Positions 56,491 through 64,000 of a stretch of DNA of 64,000 nt are shown piece after piece. Below the pieces are notes generated by a model. That model worked only from the letters and a program-made list of their open reading frames with translations, was not told the DNA's origin and searched no databases. The translations under genes and the position numbers were made by a program. Numbering within the stretch: the first letter of the stretch is position 1; every line of letters starts with the position of its first letter. Origin of the DNA: Chrysomallon squamiferum (Eukaryota > Animalia > Mollusca); contig CM022674.1 in the NCBI GenBank assembly GCA_012295275.1, forward strand, positions 12,400,001 through 12,464,000. The letters are read 5' to 3'.

Positions 56491-56552
56491 TGTATATGAA
56501 TACTTTATTTCACAATTAGGTAAAAATATATTACTCTAGGTTTGGTTAATTT

Positions 56553-56775
56553 GTGTTTTCACAATTCATTGTGTGTGTGTGTGTGTGTGCGTGTGTGTGT
56601 GTAAGTAAATCTGTCATCTGGTGTATGTATGTGACTTCACAGCTTGGTATGTGTGTTTTCACAATTCGGTGTTTACGTATGTGTGTGTGTCTGTCTGTGT
56701 CTGTCTGTGTAAGTAAATCTGTCATCTGGTGTATGTATGTGACTTCACAGCTTGGTATGTATGGTTTCACCATTT
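56553..56775. repeat. Local duplication, ~110-bp unit, 2 copies
   Basis: gtaagtaaatctgtcatctggtgtatgtatgtgacttcacagcttggtatgt occurs at ~56601 and ~56709. Confidence 0.88.
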
Positions 56776-57637
56776 GGTGCTGCTGATGAAGTTACATCTG
56801 ACATTTCTGCTGTTAGTTTAGTCTGCTTCCATCACTGGCGTTGGCTTCCAGCAGCTGAGAGAAACTCTGATTCCTGTGAAATTCCTGGCAGAACCACTCC
56901 CTGGAGATGTAATAAACTTATGTAACCAAATCAGACCTGTGTGAATAAAAAACTCGATCCGTTTGTGTGTGAGAACGAAAGAATCGTTGATGTAGGCCAC
57001 ACATTTTAGGAAATTTTTAAAAAGTGAAGTTAAAAATATAATAATAATAAAAAAAAATTAAATTAAAAACACTTTAAAAAAAAATTGTTAAAAATTAATG
57101 AATATTTATAGATATAAAGATATATAAGGAAGTCTTGAACACTTTAAAATTAACACACATTTACTATTACATACATACACAAACACATATACCTATTTAT
57201 TATAAAGCCACTGTTGTCCATTTAAATTTGAAATTTAACTTTTTAAAAAGTAAATAATAATGAACAGTAATATTAATGATTTAAATAAATTCCATATTTT
57301 ATTTTACTATTTCACTCATTCTTTTAAATTTATATTTAAAAAATCCAATAATAGTAACAACAAGATGAAGAAAATAAAATCAACATTAAATAAAATTTTA
57401 TATTCAAAAAAAAAAGTTAGATTCTATATATATTTAAAAACAACCTATTAAATAAAACCCATATTTTATGGGGTTTTTCATTATTATATATCTCATATTT
57501 ATTTTTATTTATGCATGTATGTATTTTGTTTATGTATATTACATTATAGCTAAACAAAAATTATAATTTGTTATTCCTTTATATTTTCAATTTAAAGAAA
57601 AGAAGGTATATAAAACGTGTATTTGTGTTGTTTTCAG

Positions 57638-57789
57638 TAAGGGGTCTGTTTTGGTGTCGTTTGATCTCGGATCTCAGGGTTATTCAGATCTGGAGGAACT
57701 GCGCAGGGTACTGGAAGAGGCAATCAATCAGGGATTCATCGGAGAGTACGAAGTCTCACCAGAGGATTTCTCATTTAGACCTTTCACAC
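57638..57789 (+). CDS. HSPG2: Perlecan coding exon 4: SEA domain, C-terminal half
   Basis: Acceptor gtgttgttttcag, donor C|gtaagt. 152 nt, phase 2 to 1. Encodes (N)KGSVLVSFDLGSQGYSDLEELRRVLEEAINQGFIGEYEVSPEDFSFRPFT, comparable to human VFVELDVGSEG...YVTSPQGFQFR. Confidence 0.92.
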
Positions 57790-58610
57790 GTAAGTTCACT
57801 TTTCATTTAGACCTTTCACATGTAAGTTCACCTTTCATTTAGATCTTTCACATGTAAGTTCACCTTTCATTTAGACCTTTCACACGTAAGTTCACTTTTC
57901 ATTTAGACCTTTCACACGTAAGTTCACCTTTCATTTAGACCTTTCACACGTAAGTTCACTTTTCATTTAGACCTTTCACGGGTAAGTTCACCTTTCATTT
58001 AGACCTTTCACATGTAAGTTCACTTTTCATTTAGACCTTTCACGGGTAAGTTCACCTTTCATTTAGACCTTTCACACGCAAGTTCACTTTTCATTTAGAC
58101 CTTTCACATGCAAGTTCACCTTTCATTTAGACCTTTCACAGGTAAGGTCACTTTTCATTTAGACCTGTCACATGTAAGTTCACTTTTCATTTAGAACTTT
58201 CACAGGTAAGTTCACTTTTCATTTAGACCTTTCACATGTAAGTTCACTTTTCATTTAGACCTTTCACGGGTAAGTTCACCTTTCATTTAGACCTTTCACA
58301 GGTAAGGTCACTTTTCATTTAGACCTGTCACATGTAAGTTCACTTTTCATTTAGAACTTTCACAGGTAAGTTCACCTTTCAATTAGACCTTTCACATGTA
58401 ATTTCACATTTCATTTAGACCTTTCACAAGTAAGTTCACTTTTCATTTAGACCTTTCACATGTAAGTTCACTTTTCATTTAGACCTTTCACGTGTAAGTT
58501 CACTTTTCATTTAGACCTTTTACATATAAGTTCACTTTTCATTTAGACCTTTTACATATAAGTTCACTTTTCATTTAGACCTTTCACATGTAAGTTCACT
58601 TTTCATTTAC
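57771..58610 (+). repeat. Minisatellite, 32-bp unit TCATTTAGACCTTTCACA(C/T/G)GTAAGTTCAC(T/C)TT, ~26 copies, overlapping the exon 4 3' end and donor
   Basis: The first unit starts inside exon 4 (57771) and the second at 57803. Nearly every unit carries GTAAGT or a close variant. Confidence 0.97.
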
Positions 58611-58920
58611 ATTTTCTGAAGTATGTTCAAAATGTAAAGACTTCATAAAGTCAGTTCATATTTTTGATTTAGATATGTTTTTCATTTTTAATATTTTAAA
58701 ATATACTTTTTTGTGATAGATTTAACTAAACTAAAAACATAAAAATAAAAAGCTTTTTTAGTGTTAATATTTTAATGAATTAACTTGATAATTTTTTGAG
58801 GTATGGTTCTAATTAATAAACCAAATAGAAGATATAAATTATATTCTTGTTTTAAATATTTAAAATATTGACCCTATGTACTAAATATTTAAATGACTTT
58901 CCTTAATCTTGAGTATTCCA

Positions 58921-58959
<39 letters not shown>

Positions 58960-60380
58960 ATATATTTCTTCATTACTTTTCGTTGATAACAGACTTTTTC
59001 AATTAACATTTTAATTTGTTTTAAAATGGTAATCTGATAACAGCTTTCACACACATGTTCATGTAGCACATTAGTAAATTATATTTTTAATTACCAGGAG
59101 AGCCATGTTTTAACATGAGATTCATTATCAACAGTGTAACATATCTCTGATATATCACAGCCTCTTAGATCATCATAAACGTTAGCCTTTTTTTTTTTAT
59201 TAGCAAGTGTTTCGTCAAGTAGATACACACACAGTTTATACTTACAGTAAGGGCTGGAACGTGGCTTTAGTGTATTCAACAGTTTATAAGCTTCAAAGCA
59301 TTAAAATATCTGTATTTTATTTTTACTTATTTATTTTAATTTATTTATTTATTTATTTTATTATTATTATTATTATTCTTATTGTTTTTCTTCTTCTTAT
59401 TATTTTTTTTATATATTAAGACTTTAATAAATATAAATGTATGTGAAGTTGGTGTCTTTTAAAAGTAGGGTAATCCATGTTTGTAGAATTCACAAAACAA
59501 GATTAATTCATGGTAACAAATATGAAACACAGCTTGCTTTCATCTCAAAGGGAAAGTTATCTAATGAAATTGGCTGTTAATTTCTTATTTCAGATGAGTG
59601 TATATAAGAGTGAATGAAAGAAAAAGAATGACAGAGATTGACAGAAAGATTTTGATAAAAGAGGAAGAGATGATTAATAACATTTATCATAAATAAAATT
59701 AAGCAAACAAAATAGGAACAGTCAGAACTAAAACAAAAACAAAAAAAAAAAAAAAATGTTCCCTTCCCTAAAAACCCAGAGAGAGATCAACAAGATAAAT
59801 TATTTCAAATTACTTTCCTGCTTTAGAAATTATATTTTTTCTTTTTTTTTTCTTCTTTTTTTTAACAGGACCTAATAAATATTAGCTTTCATTTTCACAA
59901 CAGAAATGTCCCTAAGAAAACTTAACTACATTGTTGTTGTTTTTGTTGTTATTTTAATTATATTTATTTATTTTTTATTTGCACCTTTTTCAGATTTTCC
60001 ATTGCCTTGTATCTTGAGCAGCTGTTCAGTATATATTTTTTGTTTCACTGGTTCAAATCAATGAGTAGACATTTTGGATAATTAGACTCTTTTTTTTTTG
60101 ACATTTTTCATTTTCTTTTATATCAGAATTTTTATTCTGTAATGCGTATACAGGGTAAAACATTTTAATCAAACAACTACAATAACTGACAGCAACAACA
60201 ACAACAACAATAATAATACAATAATAATAATAAAAATAATAAAAAACCTAATAATAATTTTATAGTAATAATAAGAAGAAGAAAATTCAGATTAATCTAC
60301 AGAAATTAGCAATGAAATAAATAGACAAATGTTTTTGAACAAAGGTCAAATAAATTTATTTTTTCAAAATAAAATTTCAG

Positions 60381-60898
60381 AGCCTATCACATGTCCCATG
60401 ACTGTTGGAAGAAAACCCGACCATCTACCCAGGACAGGTCCAAACTCCGCCCACCTTCTGATCAACAACGCCTTCATCTGCAACGGCACAGTGATCGGGT
60501 GGGAGTACTATCGGCTGGTCCCCACCGGCAGGGCGTTTGTGGGGATTTGGCGCCAGGACACAGAAAGACTGTTTACCTTGCTGAACAAAACTCTGCTTCC
60601 TCCAGCTGACGTTGGCAAACACTACATCAAACTGCGGATACCCATCCAGGTCCACCAGGGGGACATCATCGGGATATTTTACCCCAGAGACACGCCGAGA
60701 ACGTCATCGCTAGTGCAACAATAGCCGACGACACTGTCACAGCGTCAGAACTGTTCCAGGATTACGTTGTAGAGATGTATGATGACGATGTTACGGTAGG
60801 CGTTCCGTTTGATGTGATCAATGCTGGGCTGAAGTACACGAATACGACGTTTGCACTTCAGGCTCTGATGAAATATCCACCTGTCCTCCCTCCCACAG
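60381..60898 (+). CDS. HSPG2: Perlecan coding exon 5: unnamed ~170-aa extracellular domain, with an apparent 1-nt deletion near 60682-60697
   Basis: Acceptor aaaatttcag, donor CAG|gtgtgt, GC/CpG-rich coding-like composition. The first frame reads QPITCPMTVGRK...GDIIGIFYPRDTP and stops at 60722-60724. The -1 frame continues ENVIASATIADD...FALQALMKYPPVLPPT to a phase-1 donor. The 518 nt are one short of a multiple of 3. Confidence 0.8.
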
Positions 60899-61109
60899 GT
60901 GTGTATTCTGTGTGTCTGTCTGTCTGTCTGTCTGACTGTTTTTAATACAATAATCATAATAATGGCATGCAGTTGCATAAATTGTTTTTAATATAATCAT
61001 AATAATGGTATGCAGTTGTATAAATTGTTTTTAATACAATAATCATTATAATTGTGAATATACAATTGTAAAAATAGTTTTTTTTTTATACAATACTATT
61101 TAACTTCAG

Positions 61110-61235
61110 TGACTGTTCCCTTGACAACGTGTAAACCCACTGAATTCCGCTGTGCTGACGGAACCTGTGTTAAAGGGGTGTACAGATGTGACAGACAGCT
61201 GGACTGCCACGATGGGTCAGATGAACTCGACTGTG
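61110..61235 (+). CDS. HSPG2: Perlecan coding exon 6: LDL-receptor class A repeat 1
   Basis: Acceptor tttaacttcag, donor G|gtaaga. 126 nt, phase 1-1. Encodes (V)[41 protein letters not shown], with six Cys and the DC.DGSDE calcium-binding motif. Confidence 0.95.
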
Positions 61236-62894
61236 GTAAGATTTTCTTTCTGATTTTCTGTATATTTTATAAAATTCAGCATCCTCTTTATCAGGTTTCA
61301 TGAAAACCCCAATTGATAATGTGTGTTTATTTTCTTTATATTTTTTAGTTATTATTATTATTAATTATTTTTATTATTTCTGTTTGTTTGTTTATTTAAA
61401 GTATCCCCTCAATTAAAAAAAAACAAAAAAACAAATCTTCAGTAAACGAAATTCAGAGACTCAGTCTTACATAGCAATTTGCGCTTAATCCAAACCTGCG
61501 AACCAAACCAGCATAAACAGAAAACTAGTTTTTTTTTCCACTTGTAAATTATTTTTAGCAGTGTCAGCCTGGAATTAGGTTCTGTATTGGTACCACTGAC
61601 TGTGCAGTATAACAAATATCTTGTTTCTCTTTGAATTCTGTTCATCAGCTGTGTTAGTCTATGTGATAATAAACAGATTCTAATAATTCAGAAATATATA
61701 GTGGCTTCTTTTGGAAGATTCAGATTATAAATAGACTGAGGTCACTCTTGTACATTGTATAAATAGATACTGAGCAGTAACAAAACACACTCCCACACAC
61801 AAATATGCTCAGAAATATATAAATTCACATACACATTAGTCATCAGCGATACTGATGCCAAAAATAAGCCTTAATAAATCATAATATGTCTATGCACAGT
61901 ATACATACACACAACAACCTATTCATATACAAATATATGTTTTCTTCTATGTGTCAGATACTGCTGATATACAGTTTCATTTGCTATTTAAGACATGAGT
62001 TGGCAGTGGGTGCAGTATCAATCACTGGGGTGGGGGTTGTAGGGACTACCCAAGGGGTGTGTAAATGAATATGAGTCGATGAATGTTTAGGGTCAAAAGG
62101 GGAGAATATGAAGAGTAATAGGAACTGAGAAGGAAAATAAATAAAATGCCACTGAGAATCAGTAATAAAGAAAAAGGGTGAAAATATTATTTTTTGATAA
62201 TTTATTTTAGATAATATTGATTTATTTATTTATTTGTATATTTGGGAGGGTGTGGGTGAGAGATCTGAGATTCCATTAAAAGGTCTGAAACATAATAAAT
62301 AAATAAAAGCAAAAAATAAATTGATATAAAATGCATACAAAAGTACATAAATCGAAAACAAAAATAACAATAACAGCAGCAACAACCACAGAGCAACAGC
62401 AGCAGCAGAAGCAAAAAAAAATATAGCAGCAACAGCTACATCTACAACAACAGCAGCAGTAGCACCAGCAGCAACAACAACAACAATGCTGAAAGCAAGA
62501 AAAAACCAGTAATAATAAAAGAACAAGATATTGTGTTATTCTCACCAAGGGATGTTTTGTCAGATAAATGAAATTATTCGCTTACAAAGACCTTTTTATC
62601 TCTGTCCAGTGTGTGGGTCACAATGTCCAGCCATGCCTGTGATGGACAAAACTGGACAGAAGACATTTATTTAGATTTCAGTGAATAAGTTTATTCATGA
62701 TCCTGCCCGGCCATTTACACCTGTAATTGTTCACCTGTTGTATTCCCAGGTTGTAAAAAAAAAAAAAAGAAGAAAATATATGTATGTATATCTGTCACCT
62801 TGACTATATTGAAAAATAGTCTGAAGAAACCACAAATGTTTTACAGTGAAGTGGTCAGTAGTGGAGAAATATTTGTTTAAGCTGCAGATGTTTC

Positions 62895-63080
62895 ATAATA
62901 AACTGGACTAGGCTAAGTACATTGGACTATGCTGCACATATTTCACAGTAAATTGGACTAAGCTGTAAATATTTCACATTAAATTGGGCAAATGCTTTGC
63001 ATTAAATTGGACTATAGTCCAAATGTTTCACATTAAATTGGACTATTGTGCAAATGTTTTACAGTAAACTGGACTGTGAT
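62895..63080. repeat. Degenerate ~31-bp tandem repeat (taaattggacta...aaatgtttcaca)
   Basis: The aaa(t/c)tggact motif recurs with roughly regular spacing. Confidence 0.65.
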
Positions 63081-64000
63081 GGAAAATGTTTAAGCTATAA
63101 ATGTTTTAAACTGCATTGACAGGAATGTTATTTTCTTATCACAAACATTTCATTTTGTGAAAAACATTTTGTTCAGACTACAAATTGTTACTGCATGTTG
63201 GATTATGCTGAACAAGATGGCAGAAATAGCAAATATTTCAAAGCAAGTGTCTAAAATGTTAGTATCTCAAAGTAGATTGACTAATGCTGAAAACATTATA
63301 ACAGAAAATTTTGGCAAAAGAAACTGATCAAACTTCAGATATTTTTACTGCAAATTGTGCTGAAGAACTGTGAATTCCAGTCATTTTAAAGTAAGAACAA
63401 GAATTTACAGAAACCATCAAACTTTAGATTAAATTGAAATATACTAAGAAAAAGACAAAACAACAACAGAACTACAAATAATTATGAATACAAATTGGAT
63501 TAAGCCATCGATGTCATAAATTTCTCACAGTGCATTAGACTGATCCAAAAAGTATTAATTTAATGCAGTAATATTTCATAATACATTTCGTTCTGCTAAC
63601 AGATAGTTAAATTATAAATAAATATTTTACAAAGTCTGTTAATATTTTTATATCAACTGGACATTGCCAAAGCTGAGGTAGGATAACTAGATTCTTCACA
63701 CTGAAAATAATTAAAAGGAAACCGCTTACTGCCAACAATTTGTGTTTTTTGATCATAAAGACATTGGACTATGCCAAAAACAAAGCACTGTGAAACGGAA
63801 ATAGACTCAGCAAAAACACAGAAATAGGCTTGAATATTATAAATATTACGCAGCCATATCTCAGCTCTGTTTAAAAATAGGATAAATATTTTGGTTTAAT
63901 AAACAAATTGTCCAATATTTTTTTTTAATTTTTTAATAATTTTTTTTTTTTTTTTTTTTTAATATTCCGAAAAGCCTGTACTGGCGCTATGCCATATAAC

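Larger units (their letters stand above)
1551..61235 (+). other. HSPG2: Perlecan-like gene (basement membrane heparan sulfate proteoglycan core protein), 5' portion; continues beyond the window
   Basis: Six exons with canonical AG/GT borders and matching phases (0,1,2,1,1,1) splice into signal peptide - acidic Ser-Gly region - SEA - extra domain - LDLa. The SEA and LDLa segments resemble human perlecan as I recall it (VYFRALVNFT...PGDQVVSV...SPQGFQFR; YRCDRRPDCRDMSDELNC). Confidence 0.88.

Noticed and set aside
55738-56539. Longest ORF (253 aa) and overlapping hydrophobic ORFs
   Set aside because: These are translations of a ~22-bp minisatellite that is open in all three frames, with no splice or domain evidence.
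56822-56910. GC-richer patch upstream of exon 4 as an alternative exon
   Set aside because: There is a stop codon in the required phase-2 frame and no convincing donor.
60670-60724. Programmed -1 ribosomal frameshift or tiny intron as the explanation of the exon 5 shift
   Set aside because: There is no canonical slippery heptamer, and the only GT..AG nearby (gtcatcgctag) is 11 nt, too short for a spliceosomal intron.
62610-62674. Possible next exon after ctttttatctctgtccag
   Set aside because: The phase-1 reading (VCGSQCPAMPVMDKTGQKTFI) hits TAG with no good donor and no LDLa pattern.

Overview
AT-rich, microsatellite-dense eukaryotic DNA, inferred to be a lophotrochozoan invertebrate and probably a gastropod mollusc. 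Almost every ORF in the supplied track is an artefact of simple or tandem repeats. The window holds the 5' part of one large + strand gene that I read as perlecan (HSPG2/trol/unc-52 family). I reconstructed six coding exons by hand with consistent splice phases: a signal peptide (1551-1646), an acidic Ser-Gly GAG-attachment region after a ~42 kb intron (43635-43812), an SEA domain over two exons (47784-47949, 57638-57789), an unexpected ~170-aa extra domain exon carrying a 1-nt frameshift (60381-60898), and the first LDL-receptor class A repeat (61110-61235). The gene must continue past the window. The most interesting observations are: (1) the SEA domain has a MUC1-type F-x-x-G|S-V-x-V autoproteolysis motif that human perlecan lacks, and a candidate frame-preserving 21-nt microexon (52867-52887) would insert 7 residues into that loop, suggesting a splice-controlled cleavage switch; (2) an unnamed beta-rich domain sits between SEA and LDLa1; (3) a 32-bp minisatellite arose from the exon 4/intron junction and repeats the splice donor about 26 times. 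The introns also contain a Tigger/pogo-like MITE, a Mutator-like insertion inside a tandem array, SINE relics, a CTCF-like site and many minisatellites. No tools were used. Family assignments come from motif recognition and recalled sequences.
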